Below the pieces are notes generated by a model. It was not told where the DNA came from. It saw nothing but the letters and a program-made list of their open reading frames with translations, and searched no databases. Both the position numbers and the translations under genes were made by a program. Shown here in pieces: positions 24,601 through 38,829 of a DNA stretch of 64,000 nt (position 1 is the first letter of the stretch; every line of letters starts with the position of its first letter). Source of the stretch: Eledone cirrhosa (Eukaryota); assembly GCA_964016885.1 (NCBI GenBank), contig OZ024740.1:314960001-315024000 (forward strand), given 5' to 3'.

Positions 24601-25031
24601 CCGTCAGCCGGGCATGTCCGAGATGCGCGCAGGGCGACGAAACCGTCCTGCACGCACTCGTCCAGTGTCCGAAAATTGCTGACTTGTGGGTTTATGTCGA
24701 ACACCTGCTGTCGCGTTTAGGACGGATCCAGCTATCATCTGAGTCTATCGTGAGGATTGCCCCGCCCTCCTCCTTTAGCCGGGAAGGGCAGGCAGTTTTT
24801 ATCTGTCTGGTGGCCATGGCGAAAGAGATAGTATGGTGGACACGTTTGAAAGGGCTGAAGACGAGCACTTACCTCTTCGGTGATGCTCTGATTGACTTTT
24901 TCAAATTTCATTTGAAAAGGAAAATCAGAGTAGAGAAGGAAGTGCTCTCTTCCCAGCATTTTGTTGAAAGATGGGTGAGAGAAGCAAGAATGGCCCGAGT
25001 GAATGGGCCGACTCTGAGTATATATCTGTAA
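21630..25031 (+). CDS. ORF2 APE endonuclease-reverse transcriptase; one in-frame TGA at 21816-21818, otherwise open
   Basis: 21630..21818 and 21825..25031 share a frame; INARGL, ISETR, GDWN, YLDR, TDH; QGCPLS, YADD; CPRCAQGDETVLHALVQC. Confidence 0.9.
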
Positions 25032-25291
25032 ACTAAAGGTGGAAAACTGGGAGAGGGCACTTGCCTTGGTGGTCAGGGTCATTGTGGCTTTTTACTGGGC
25101 TTTCTCCACAAATGTCCCTCCGAAGTCTCCCCCCTATTGGGGAATTTTTCATTGTTATTTTCATTGTTATTTTTGTTACATCCTCTGTTTTTGTTTTTTT
25201 ACACGCAGAAATGCCCATTTGTACCGTCCTGCATTGTCCTGCACTGTCCTTAATGTCTACTTTATGTAAACCCTTGTGGTTAATAAAGAAA

Positions 25292-25350
<59 letters not shown>

Positions 25351-28300
25351 GGCGACCTACGTAGTAAAGCGTATCATCGTGAGCTCCGCAAAGGTTTGTT
25401 ATTTTCAGTTGTTTAAAATTGCCATTTATGGAAAATTTTTATTGTTAACTGTATATAAGTATACATACATTGTTATCTGAAAAGGACATCCAAAAAGATT
25501 GGGGCCTTGAGCCCAAAATTTAAACTTTTATAATTATCAAACAAAAATTTTTCTTTGAAAATCATGGATGACTCAGAGTCTCTCCTTCCTCACAAACTAA
25601 CACCTCACACCGACACCACTATTGTAAATATTACTACGTTTGCCAACACTAAAAATATAAGCAGTAGCAATATTTTAAATTTGTCTCAGGCAGACATTCA
25701 TTTCCCGCCATTACCAATGACTGCAGGTGTTAAAGCCGCCACCTCCACCACTACCACCGCGACAACAGAAACAAAAGAAAAAAATAAATTAACTCGTGAT
25801 ATCGAAATGAATTCAACCAAAATTAACTCTTCCACACCGAACACCACTGACGCCACCACCACCACAACTGAAACTAAAATTAACAATAACAAAAATAACG
25901 ATAACAACAACAACAATGAAATTAAGAAAACCACCCTGAGTTTTGTCAAAGTAGCAAAACAATGCGAAGCATTTCAGGTAACTCAGGAGGAATTAGAAGA
26001 AGCCCCCCAAATGGTAAAGAAAGATGGGTACAGGGTCAGCCCCCCCCACACCTAATAAAATGGAGCATCGGCGCCTATGCACCGTGTCTTATAGAACAAT
26101 TAACATAAAATCGCGCCGAGTGGAACGGGCATCCGAGTCCCAAATCCAAAAAGTTTTGGGACATGTGTGGGCAAAAAGAACCCACATCAGACTGTGGGCA
26201 GAAATATGGAACCGTGGATGTGTTCTTTGAAACACCACAGGAGGCTAGAGAACACTCCATGACTCCATTAAGAAGTGACGACTTCACACTCGTCCCAAGC
26301 TATTGTGGCCAGAGACTCGTAAAGATCAGGGTGACCCACGTTCCACCGGCCATCGAAATTCCCTGGCTAATAGCTGCCGTCCTCGCCGGCATCGAAGCCA
26401 ACACCAAGATAATCGAAATAGCGAAAGAAAAGCAGGAGAACTGGTCCGAATCTGGAATGGAGCTCCTGATCCAAGCGGACCAAAAAAGCATTGAGAAGAT
26501 CCCAGAGGTAATAGACCTCACTGACGGCAGCCAGCTCACCGTAATCGTCGAGGGCAGAAGGCCTAGGTGTGTCGTTTGTGGTGAAGGAACCCACCTAAGG
26601 GCTTTCTGCTCTCAGGCTAAAAGGTTGAGGCCACTCTCTTACCCACCCTAGTGACTCAACCATCAACACCACCAGCAGCAGAGATGGCAGCAACAACTGT
26701 AGCAGCAACAACAGAAGCAACTGTAACAGCAACAACCCCAGCAACAGTAACAAAACCAACACCACCACCACCCAACGCGCCAGAACTAGCACCAACACCT
26801 ACACCATCCACCACGCCACAACCAAAACCAACGCCTGTGGAGCATTTTCCACTCCCCGGCCTATCACAACTGGAGGCAGTGTGTGACGACGAGGAGTGGG
26901 AAACGGTATCAGGAAAAAAGAAAAAAAGAAACCAGAAAAGAAAAAATTCTCTTCCTTCCCCCTCCAAAAACAAAATACAGAGGGAAACAAATAAATTATC
27001 AAACAAAAAAGTTAGGACATATATGCCACCATCCACACCAGCATCACCAACCCCATCACCACAAACACCAACACCATCACCATCATTAACCCCAACACCA
27101 TCATCACCAGCACCACAAAAGTCACCAAAAAGCGAAACAGAAACAAACCCACAACAAACGCAAACAAAACAAAACAACCAAAACGATACACACTACACAG
27201 CATTAAATTTGAACAACAACCAATTATTACACTACATGCAACAACACCAGCATCACAGAAAAAGACTACACAACAATCCAAAAGTTCACACCACCTCCAC
27301 ACATACAAATCACTCGCATCACACAGAAAACGTACACGACACTAAAATAAAAATTCCCCAAAGACATCGGAGACTTCCGACAAACACTCTCCAGGAGGAT
27401 TTATAAGGACATCCTTCCGGAGGAGGCCACAAGCAGTGAAAAGGATGGACAAACCATCCTTCCTCTACGAGAAGTAAGGTAAGTGGTCTTTCCCATCTTT
27501 TCCACTCCATTTCAACATGACCTCACTCAGAATAGGCAGCATAAACGCGCGTGGCTTGGGGTCGTCATGGAAGCAGGGCCACCTGCTCAAAGACCTCACG
27601 TCACTAAACATAGACGTAGTGACCATCAGCGAGACCAGAATCTCCAGAATCTTCGGCGGCTACGATGTGTACGCATCTCCCAGCCGTCCGGGATCGGGGG
27701 GATGAGTTGCTGTGCTTTTTCGGAGAGGTTTGGATCTCGCCATACGGGCCATCTTCCTGGACCCAGAGGGTAAGCTGGTGGTGCTGGACGTGACCAGCGG
27801 AGACGGGCAAGCTTTCAGGCTAGTGGCCGTCTATGCCCCGACAGGAGCAGGGCGGCCTGATTTCTTCCGGCGTCTGGAGACCTTTCTTGGAACGTCCCGC
27901 TCTTTAGTGTTAGTGGGCGACTGGAACGGGATCTTAGATGCACGCTGGGACTGTGTGGGATTAGCGGATAGGGGTGGAGGGTGCAAGAGCCTCACCAACC
28001 TGCTCAGGCGTTTTGAACTGTCTGACAGGTACCGAATGGATTTCCCGAATGTGCCAATGTGGACTTGGACAAACCGCATAGGGTCATCCAGATCATATCT
28101 AGATAGAGTATTTTGTAGGGAAATAGATAGGTCTAGCATAGGCTGTCCACAATTCAAGATAGTAAGCTACACGGACCACAAATTCGTGACCTGTGTGCTT
28201 GACTTAGATAGGCTTCATAGACGAGGACCCGGCTACTGGAAGCTAAACGCGTCCTTACCAGCGCGCAAGGCCTACAGAGACCGGATTAGCGAACTAGTTA

Positions 28301-31167
28301 AGCGGGCGTTGACGGGGGCCATCGTCAACAACAAGTGGTGGTTTGCTCTGAAAAGAGCGATTAGAATAGAATCGATTAGGTTTAGTAAGGCTTTAGCAAT
28401 AGAGAAAAATAGAGCAGAGGGAGAACTAGTTAGAAAATTAGACGAGGCGCTTAGCAAAGGCATTGCGACCGACGTGCTTGCGGCGAAATTGGCCCTTGAC
28501 CAATTCTTCAATGCAAAGCACGAAGGCTGCGTTGTCAGAGCTAGGGTGCGTGCTCTCAGACACGAGGGGACGAAAGCCGTTCAATGGGCCCGAGTGGCGG
28601 AGGCGCGTCGTGGCAACAAAGCCACGATCCGGTCTTTGGTGGACCACGACGGGCGCATGCTACTCGATCCCGGGCAAATGTGTGAAGCTTTTCAGCGACA
28701 CTTCGCTCAGCTGTTCGGGGGCAGCGGGGGGCCGGGTAGAGGGATGGACTTTAGTGTCTACCTCGACGGACTGCCGCGGCTCTCGGCCACTGAGGCGAAG
28801 TGTTGCGAAAAGCCGATAACAGCCGCTGAAGTAAGGGAGGCAATGACTGGCTGCACAAGGGGTAAATCGCCTGGTTTGGATGGTCTGCCCTATGAACTTT
28901 ACGTACAGATGCCAGACTTGTTCGGAGGCCTCTTGGCGGACGTCTACTGCAACTGGCAACAGAACGGGAGAATTCCCAGCTCTGTGAGCCGAGGAGCTGT
29001 GGCGCTGCTGAGAAAGGATCCGAACAAGGGGGATAACATAGATAATTTTAGGCCCATAACTCTTCTAAACACAGGGTTCAAGATTTTGGCCAAGGTGCTA
29101 GCAAAGAGGTTGGCGCTTGTCGTTGTTGGTCTGGTGGGAGAGGCGCAGGCATGTGCCATTCCCGACAGATCCATCCACGACAACCTCCACCTCATGCGAT
29201 ACATCATAGAGACGGTAGCTAGGGAACCTGGCACGGGTGGGTCCTTGATCAATTTAGATCAGTCGAAAGCTTTCGATAGGGTCGACCATCGTTACCTAGC
29301 GGCAGTCCTGAGGGCGGCTGGCTTTGGGCTCATCTTCAGAGGCTGGATCACTGCCATGCACAGCGACATCTGCTCTGTGGTGAGAGTGAACGGTCATCTT
29401 TCGGAACCGTTCAACATCATGCGCTCGGTCCGCCAAGGATGTCCCCTCTCGTCCCTCTTGTACGTATTGACTCTCGAGCCATTACTGCACAAACTGGAGA
29501 CGTTGAGGGGGGTCCCGCGCGAACTAGGATGCGGAAGATCCGTGTCAGCATATGCGGAGGATGTCACCGTAGTGGTGTCGAACGCCAAACACATCGAGGC
29601 GATCGGCACTACACTAAGAGAATACGAAGCGGTGACAGGAGCAATGATCAACCAGGAAAAGTCAGTGGGCCTGTAGCTCGGCACCTGGAGAGGCAGGTCC
29701 ATGCCGTCCAACAGCGTCGTCGGGCGCTGGACGGACGGAGCGGTTAAATTGCTAGGGGTCTGGTTCGGTCCGGACCTCCAGACGGACAAAAACTGGGACG
29801 AGGTGACGAGCAGGGTGGATTCTCTCACCCAGAAATGGGCGGAGAGGAAGCTATCCCTGAAAGGTCGAGCGGAGGTGGCTAACGCGTACATCGCGTCCGT
29901 CATCTACTACCGTCTGACAGTCGTACCTTGTCCTAAGCCCCGCCTGACTGCGCTGGAGCGTTTGCTCTTTCGCTTTTTGAGGAAGGGACGCACTCCGATG
30001 GTCAAGGTGTCCATCTGCTGTCAACACCCGCTACGTGGAGGGCTGAGCATGCAGTGGCTGATGATACGCAGACACGCGCTCAGGCAACGACATCTCCACC
30101 TCTTCTTCGACGGTGATCAGGTGTGGTCGCCGTTTGCTAGACACGTCTTTCCCCAGCTCGTCTCCTTGACGGAGCTGTAGTCCTGGGTCAAGCGAAGACC
30201 GAGAGGGAGCGCTTGGAGACTGGAATGTCTTCAGGCGCTCACAGCCCTCGACCCATCGGGCAATGTGATCGGTGGAAACTCCACCTTGGCGTTCTATAGA
30301 GGATTAGTGGAGGGGAAGAGCGACGACGTACTTGGAGAAACTCTAGGCGTCGACGCAAATCAACTAGCCAATCTCTTCGGAAGGACTTTCGGGCCGGGGC
30401 CTATGGACAACTTCCAGAAATCCCTGGCCTGGCAGTGCTACCGGGGAGCTTTGCCAGTTCGGGATAAACTCTTCAGGCATGGAGGTGCCGTCAGCCGGGC
30501 ATGTCCGAGATGCGCGCAGGGCGACGAAACCGTCCTGCACGCACTCGTCCAGTGTCCGAGCATTGCTGACTTGTGGGTTTATGTCGAACACCTGCTGTCA
30601 CGTGTAGGACGGATCCGGCTATCAGCTGAGTCCATCGTGAGGATTGCCCCGCCCTCTGCCTTTAGCCGGGAAGGGCAGGCAGTTTTTATCTGTCTGGTGG
30701 CCATGGCGAAAGAGATAGTATGGTGGACACGTTTGAAAGGGCTGAAGACGAGCACTTACCTCTTCGGTGATGCCCTGATTAACTTTTTCAAATTTCATTT
30801 GAAAAGGAAAATCAGGGTAGAGAGGGAAGTGCTCTCTTCCCAGCATTTTGTTGAAATATGGGTGAGAGAAGCAAGTATGGCCCGAGTGAATGGGCCTACT
30901 CTGAGTATGTGTCTGTAAATTAAAGGTGGAAAACTGGGAGAGGGCACTTGCCCTGGTGGTCAGGGTCACTGTGGTCTTTTAATGGGCTTTCTCCACAAAT
31001 GTCCCTCCGAAGTCTCCCCCTATTGGGGAATTTTTCATTGTTATTTTTTGTTACATCCTCTGTTTTTGTTTTTTACACGCAGAAATGCCCATTTGTACCG
31101 TCCTGTATTGTCCTGTACTGTCCTTAATGTCTACTTTATGTAAACCCTTGTGGTTAATAAAGAAAGC
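25351..31167 (+). mobile_element. Tx1/L1-clade LINE, full length (copy 5), head-to-tail with copy 4
   Basis: Same 5' end; ORF2 27517-30918 with TGA 27703, TAG 29674, TAG 30178 and YADD->YAED; short degenerate (TTA) tail. Confidence 0.95.
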
Positions 31168-31188
31168 ATTATCATTATTATTATCCAT

Positions 31189-31376
31189 AAGGCAGAAGAT
31201 TGACAGAGTTCTTAGGGCGTCTGACAACATACTTTGCCGCATAGAGTTACGGCCTTTTATGTTCTGAGTTCAAATCCCGCCGAGATTAACTTTGACTTTC
31301 ATCCTTACGGGAATCGATAAAATAAAGTAACAGTAACGCACTGGGTTTGGTTTAATCGACTTTTCTCTCTCCCAAA
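31189..31376 (+). mobile_element. SINE family A, lacking 3' tail
   Basis: GAGTTCAAATCCCGCCGAG..CTTTCATCCTTACGGGAATCGATAAAATAAAG. Confidence 0.8.
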
Positions 31377-31392
31377 TAGATGCTCATGATTG

Positions 31393-31575
31393 GGATTCTA
31401 TAACCAACGACGTTATTGTTAAGAAAATGTGAGACAGACACTCTCTTGCCACGTGTGTCATTAGGAACCTATAACTAACGACGCTATTGTTAACACAATG
31501 CGAGATAGACACGCTCTTGGTACGTATGTCATCAGGAACCTATAACCAACGACGCTATTGTTAACAAAATGCGAT
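31393..31575. repeat. ~70-bp tandem repeat, ~2.6 units
   Basis: CTATAACCAACGACGCTATTGTTAACA recurs at ~31398, 31469 and 31540. Confidence 0.85.
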
Positions 31576-32473
31576 ATAAAATATATAAATAAATGAACAC
31601 ATTGACATAAACGTTGCACTGGAAGAGTTTCTGTTGCCTTCTTCTTTAAATCTAGGACAAAACAACAGAACAAACGGTGACGATAGTAATAACAATAGTA
31701 ACAACAATAAAAATTATAAGGAGCCGTAAAACCCATTAATATGCAAACATTTATATCAGATTATAAAGCTTCATTGAAACGAAAACTCTCGAATTAATTC
31801 GCCTAAAGACTTCGTTGATGGTAATTCCTCTTAAAGCAAGTGAAAATAAACTGTTGAAAAACAAACATTGATAAATGAAATGAAAACCAACAAGAATAAA
31901 GTAAATTAGAACAAAATAAAATAAAATAAAATATATAACAGCAAACTGTCTTAGGAAGAAAAAAAACGCGGAAAGAAACATTAAATAAATGAAAATAATG
32001 GAAGAAGTAGGAAGGGAATTCAGCTACGCTGAAGAAAATCAACAACAAATTTATAAAAATGCAATGAAAAGCGCATGAACATAATGAGGATAAAAACTTC
32101 TTCGAATTGCGCATTAGTATCATCAATTTATTCATTACACTCTTCTGGGATTTTTTCCTCTTGTTCTCTAAAAAAAAAAGAAGAAATAAAAGTAAGATAT
32201 CAACAATTGTTGCTGAGAACTATTTCTAGCGGAAGTAAAATAGCGGAAGTAAAGTAGCGGAAGTAAGTTATTCCGCCACTCTTAAACTATCAAGCCGCTG
32301 CCAAAGAAAGATATTGTTTATCTCGACTCCTAATCAGGGTATGAGGTTCAAGTAGAAAGTGTAAAAAGCAATCAATCAAACAAATAAATAATATCATATA
32401 TTGCTTTCTTCCAACATGTCTTCTTAGCACACACACTATATGGGACATTCAAACCTAAATTAGAAGAAATATT

Positions 32474-32644
<171 letters not shown>

Positions 32645-33049
32645 TCTAGTTGATCAGTTTGAATTGGCTGATCCGCTTCGGTTACCTAAAGCAAACGATA
32701 AGTAGTAATATTCCAAGAATAATTATCAGAAATGAAACGGCAGACAATATGTCGTCTGCGTCCGTGAGAGTCGACTGAAATTGTGAGAGTCTAACTTGAA
32801 CGAAAGAGACGAAAATGTTGATAAACATTTATACCTAATTTGAGAGAGAGAGAGAAAGATCAATGCATACCCATTGACGTATATCTGATAGCATGGTTAC
32901 TCATCGAGAGGGAGAGAGAGAGTGCGTGTGTGTGTGAGAGGGGGGAGGAAGAAAAGGTGGGGAGAAAGAGAGAGAAATGGCTCAAGTCCTCTCTGTTAGT
33001 TTGTTAATTTTTCTCGATGTCAAATTGACATTTATAAAAACGTCTGTTT

Positions 33050-33533
33050 AATATTGGTTTCTCATTTAGGCACAAGACCAACAATTTTAGGGAAGGGGAA
33101 AGTCGATTAAATCTACCCAGTGCATTACTGGTACGTTATTTTATGCAGTGGTTAATAGTATTTCAGTTTAAACATTTAAGAATTCTATCAACAGTCAAGG
33201 TGGCCGAGCGGTCTAAGGCGCCAAAATCAAGATGAATTTCTCATAAGCAGAACATTGAGTATTTTGGTCCACAATTGTGAGCGTGGGTTCGACACCCACT
33301 CCTAACAACATTTTGTTTTTTAAATGACAATATATTCACTATCTTCTTGATATTTTACATCTCCACCATATCTTTATATTCATTTTGATGCTAGATGTTA
33401 ACTTATATATATTTTCTCCCTGAGTTCAAATCCCTCGGCAAGATTTGAGCTTAGATCAGATCATAAAGAGCCGTAACTCTATGCCAAAAAGCTTTTGTCC
33501 GACGCTCCACTGATACTGCCAATCCACTGCCCT
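33050..33533 (-). mobile_element. SINE family A in two parts (33050-33144, 33435-33533) flanking a tRNA cassette
   Basis: 3' part and 5' part of the SINE, both on minus, separated by ~290 bp homologous to 58217-58505. Confidence 0.7.
33194..33307 (+). pseudogene. tRNA-Leu(CAA) intron-containing copy, probable pseudogene
   Basis: Colinear with 58269-58382; two acceptor-stem mismatches (GTCAAGG/TCCTAAC), C32->A, intron retained. Confidence 0.8.
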
Positions 33534-33859
33534 TTGTTTCATATTAAATGTAATTCGTTGTTGGTTAACCAAAGATTGAACGGGGAATAATTAATATTTT
33601 AAATAGGACGAAACATATTGAACAAACATTTCGGATAAGTGAGGATAAAAATAACAAAATCGAAAAGTTTGAAAAAACAATATTCTTTATATCGAAGATC
33701 GAACATTTAACTGGTAATTATTAGGATTGATTTTTAACATAGATCGATTATTATATCAACCCCAGAATAATGAAAGGATAAATTTAGATCGGAGGGATTT
33801 TAAATCATACCTCAAAGAATTTTGGTCACCACTCCACTGTTGTCATGATGTCCATGTTG

Positions 33860-36465
33860 TCACCAGGAGAGGTTTCACAGAAAATTGAAAGTATCAGAAA
33901 CACAAAAGAAGCAAAGCCAAGCTGAAAGACAGATTAACAATGTAGATGAGGATATTTCTACTGATAAGCATAAAGATCAGATAGAACAAACAAAACAAGA
34001 AATTCTAAATGAACTTGGAAAAAATTGACAAACAGCAATCAGAACAAAAGACACATAAGAGGTGGAAATCAGGCTGTTAAAGCAATATTTGAAGAGATGG
34101 AGCCTGATGTATCAGAACTGAATGTGGTTATTTAAGCAGTAACAACGGTAATAGGCAGGAAATGTGTATTAAGGAAAAAGCGCAAAGGACACAACTTTCA
34201 CAAAAAGCTATCCTGGAAGATAAAAATTAAGAAAGAAATTGAAATGATGAAGGGAGAAATATCGACCTTGAATGACATATATGCTAGGAAATCTGTCAAG
34301 TCAAGAAAAAGAAGGAAAGTCATTAAGGAATACAAAGTAACTTCAAAACCTGATATTCCATCAATCAAAGAAACCCTGAAAGAGAAAATACAGCTGAAAG
34401 TTCAAAATAATCAGAAGATTTGTAAAGCCAAATAGCTTTTACAGGCAAATAAGCTGTTTATGTCGGATACAAAAGGTTTTTGAAGGGAAATTGGGGCACA
34501 GACAATTCAGGTAAAGGAACTTCTTTTAATTCATGAAACTGAAGAATTTTGGAAAACAGTATGGAGTACAGAAAAATCTCATAATGCGAATGCAGAATGG
34601 ATAAAGAACATGGAAGAAACATACGATAATTTAGAAAGGCAGACTTGGCAAGGCACCACTATGGAAGAACTGGAGTTAGTACTAACGAAAGCCAACAAAT
34701 GGAAATCTGGCATTGATAAAGTGCCAAACCTCTGGTTATCTTCTCTAACTTCTGCCCATGATACGTTAGTAAAATGTTATAACGAAATTATGCGCGACCC
34801 TGAGAAAACACCTGATTGGTTTTCACAAGGTATAACACATCGTGCCAAAATCGACAGAAACAAATATTCCAAAAAATCATCGTCTTATCACTAGCCTTCC
34901 TACATCATACAAAATTCTCACACCAATCTTGATTAAGACAGCCTAAAAATTTATGGATGAAAATCATCTTTTCCCTATTGAGCAGAAAGGCTGTCGCCGT
35001 GGATCGTACAATTGCAAAGCGCAACTTTTCATTAACCATGTGATTCTGGAAAACTGTCGTAACAAGCCCAGAAGTTTGTGTACTGCTTGGATTGACTATA
35101 AAAAAACATTTGATAGTGTTCCCCACTAATGAATTTCGAAAACTTTAAATGTCCTGAACATTTTCCCAGTAATATCAAACTTCCTGAAATAAATGTATGT
35201 ATGCAATACAAACCTATTATTATTACACAGTGCGGGAACTATAAATCCCTGCAGCATAAGTATTAACTGTGGTATTTTTTAAAGGTGATTCGTTTTCTCC
35301 TCTGATATTTTGCGTTGAACTCACACAGCTGTCTTTAGCGCCCAATAAAACAAAATATGACTACAAAATAGACAGCAAAACCATAAATCACCTGTTGAAT
35401 ATAGTTAAAGTATTCATTTATGATGTGGGGATGCAATTTAGCATGGAAAATGTGCCAAAGCAGGATTTAAGAAAAGCAGAATGACAAGCACAAATTCAAT
35501 GGAAATAGATGTGAATACAGTAATTAGGGAACTAGAACCGGAACAAGACTATAGATATCTAGCGATCAAAGAAGGCCAAGGTATTCATCACGCCAGCATG
35601 AAAAAAGTATCATGGAGGAATGCTACCGAAGAGTACGTGCTGTCTTGAAAACTGGACAAAATATGTCATAAATGCGCTTTATTTTGGCTGCACAAGACCA
35701 GTGTCTTTTAACACGCAACTTTCAAGTCAATGGGATCAGAAATGAAACTGATCCAAAGTGTTGATTTTACGATGAGCATGTTGACACGTTGATCACCTGG
35801 TTTCAGGCTGCAAAATATTAGCTCCCCAGGAATATAAAACGAGGAATGACAAAGGAGAGCAATATTTACACTGGGTAAAATCCAGGTTTTATGGTATAAA
35901 AACAGAAGGAAAATGGTACAACCATCACCCAGATGTAGTAACAAGAGGTGAGAATGTGACAATCCTGTGAACACTGACAGAACAATCTAGGCCAACAGAC
36001 CTGATATTATTGTGAAGGACCATAAAGAGAAAACATGCTTCTTAATTGTAATGAGCATTCCATCAGATCGTAACATCTCCCTGAAAGGGTTCCGAAAGTT
36101 CAGTAAATATAAAGATCTCACAATTGAAATTGAAAAAATGTAGCAGCTTAAGGCCTGTACAATACCAATGATAGTCGGTGCACTCGGAATGATAAAAAAG
36201 GGAACTGAAAAATATTTGGACCTGGAAAGCCATCTCTGCAAGAGATACAAAATAGTGCTGACTGGCACTGCCCATGTCCCGAGAAGGACATTATCAATCT
36301 AAATACATTGGAAAGACATTTACTTATGTTTATGCTCTTATGGCATCATTTGTGCGAAAATTGATTGTAAAATGTGTGTATTACTAAATTGAGCCTCAGG
36401 TGTCAGGGTGACACACGGCATGATATGGGAAAGAAGCAGAATTCAAAGGAAGTTTCAATTAACAA
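33860..36465 (+). mobile_element. R4/Dong-like RT-RLE element, old and heavily degenerate (family 3)
   Basis: Fragments KWKSGIDKVPNLW, EQKGCRRGSY, WIDYKKTFDSVPH, FKGDSFSPLIF, NRPDIIVKD, KFSKYKDL; ends in TAA-rich tail 36464-36480. Confidence 0.85.
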
Positions 36466-36480
36466 TAATGATAATAATAA

Positions 36481-36572
36481 TTGACTTTCTCCTTTCCCCA
36501 AATTGCTGGCCTTGTGCCTATAGTAGAAATTATTATTATTATTATTATTGTAATTATTGTAATTATTATTAT
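36481..36572 (+). mobile_element. SINE family A 3' end with (TTA)n tail
   Basis: CAAATTGCTGGCCTTGTGCCTATAGTAGAAATTATTATT. Confidence 0.75.
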
Positions 36573-36839
36573 TCAGGTGAGACATTTTTTTCCACTTTCG
36601 AATCGATTCTAGAAATTATTAAAATACTTTTACCTGAAATAACACCAGCTGCTGTGAGAAAGAACAACAACAACAACAACTATAACAATAACAGCAGCTT
36701 CAGCAGCAACTAATAATAATAATAGCAACAACAACAATAACAGCAACAACAAGACTAGGACATCTTTGCTCATACATAGGTCTGCTTGAATCTGGGCAGA
36801 ATTAGGGATAAAAACAAAACAAAAACAATTGTGACATTC

Positions 36840-37147
36840 CCCACCACCAACAAATGCAACAGCAACAACAGTAACAACAACAGCAGTAACAACAGCAGCA
36901 ACAACAACAGCAGCATCAACAGCAGCAAAAACAACAGCAGCAACAACAACAGTAACAGCAACAGCAGCAACAACAGCAGCAGCAACAACGGAAGCAACAG
37001 CGACAGTAACTACAACAGCAGTAACAACAGCAGCAACAACAGTAACAACAACAGCAGTAACAACAGCAGCAGTAACAACAGCAGCAACGACGACAGCCGC
37101 AACAACAACAGTAACAACAACAACAACAGCAACAACAACAACAACAA

Positions 37148-37185
<38 letters not shown>

Positions 37186-37283
37186 ACAGTAACAACAACA
37201 GCAGCAACAACAGCAGCAACAAAAACAGTAACAACAACAGCAGCAACAACAGCAGCAACAACAACAGTAACAACAACAGCAGT

Positions 37284-37314
<31 letters not shown>

Positions 37315-38514
37315 ACAGTAACAACAACAGCAGCAACAACAGCAGCAACAACAACAGCAACAACAACAACAACAGCAACAATAACAACAACAGCAACAAC
37401 AAAAATAACAGCAACAACAACAACAACAACAACGACAGCAACAATAACAACAGCAGCAACAACAACAACAGCAACAATAACAACAACAGCAACAACAACA
37501 ACAGCAACAATAACAACAACAGCAACAACAACAATATCAACTACAACAACAAAAGCAGTAAAAACAGCAACAACAACAGCAACAGCAATAATCACAACAA
37601 CAACAACAACAGGAACAGCAGCTTTGGAAGAAATTCCAGCAGCATTAGCAGCAGCAGCAGAGATAATAACTGGAAAGCCATCTCTGAAAAAGAGATAATA
37701 ACAACAATAACAACAACAATGAGGTTCAGTACAGCAGCATTGATAACAACAGTAACATAACAACAACAACAGCAATAACAATAGCAACCACAACAACAAC
37801 AACAGCAATAACAATAGCAACCACAACAACAGCAGCAGCAACAACAACAACAACAGCAGTAACAAAAACAACAACAACATCAAAAGCAACAACAACAACA
37901 GCAGTAACAACAACAACAGCATTAGCAACAACATTAACAGCAGTAACAACAACAACAGCAATAGCAACTAAAACAACAGCAGTAACAACAACAGCAATAG
38001 CAACTAAAACAACAGCAGTAACAACAACAACAGCAATAGCAACTAAAACAACAGCAGTAACAACAACAACAACAGCAATAGCAGTAACAACAACGACAAC
38101 AACAACAACAACAACAACAACAACAGCAATAGCAACAACAACAACAACAGCAGTAACAACAACAGCAATAGCAACAACAACAACAGTAGTAACAACAACA
38201 ACAGCAATAGCAACAAGAACAACAACAGCAGTAATAAAAATAGCAATAGCAACAACAACAACAACAACAGTAGTAACAACAACAACAGCAATAGCAACAA
38301 CAACAACAACAACAGCAGTAATAACAACAGGAATAGCAACAACAACAACTAAAACAACAGCAGTAACAACAATAACAACAGCAATAGCAACTAAAACAAC
38401 AGCAGTAACAACAACAACAGCAATAGCAACAACAACAACAGCAGTAACAACAACAACAACAACAGCAATAGCAACTAAAACAACAGCAGTAACAACAACA
38501 ACAGCAATAGCAGT

Positions 38515-38584
<70 letters not shown>

Positions 38585-38796
38585 GCAATAGCAACAACAA
38601 CAACAGCAGTAACAACAACAGCAATAGCAACAACAAAAACAACAACAGTAGTAACAACAACAACAACAGCAATAGCAACAACAACAACAGCAGTAATAAC
38701 AACAGCAATAGCAACAACAACAACTAAAACAACAGCAGTAACAACAACAACAGCAATAGCAACTAAAACAACAGCAGTAACAACAACAACAGCAAT

Positions 38797-38829
<33 letters not shown>

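Larger units (their letters stand above)
19464..25293 (+). mobile_element. Tx1/L1-clade LINE, full length (copy 4)
   Basis: 5' UTR GGCGACCTACGTAG..., ORF1, ORF2, 3' UTR, AATAAA, with (TTA)n on both sides. Confidence 0.95.

Noticed and set aside
31393-31575. CRISPR-like array, or tandem hammerheads (minus-strand CTGATGA)
   Set aside because: Units are similar throughout with no unique spacers in a eukaryotic context; no GAAA or stem III follows the CTGATGA
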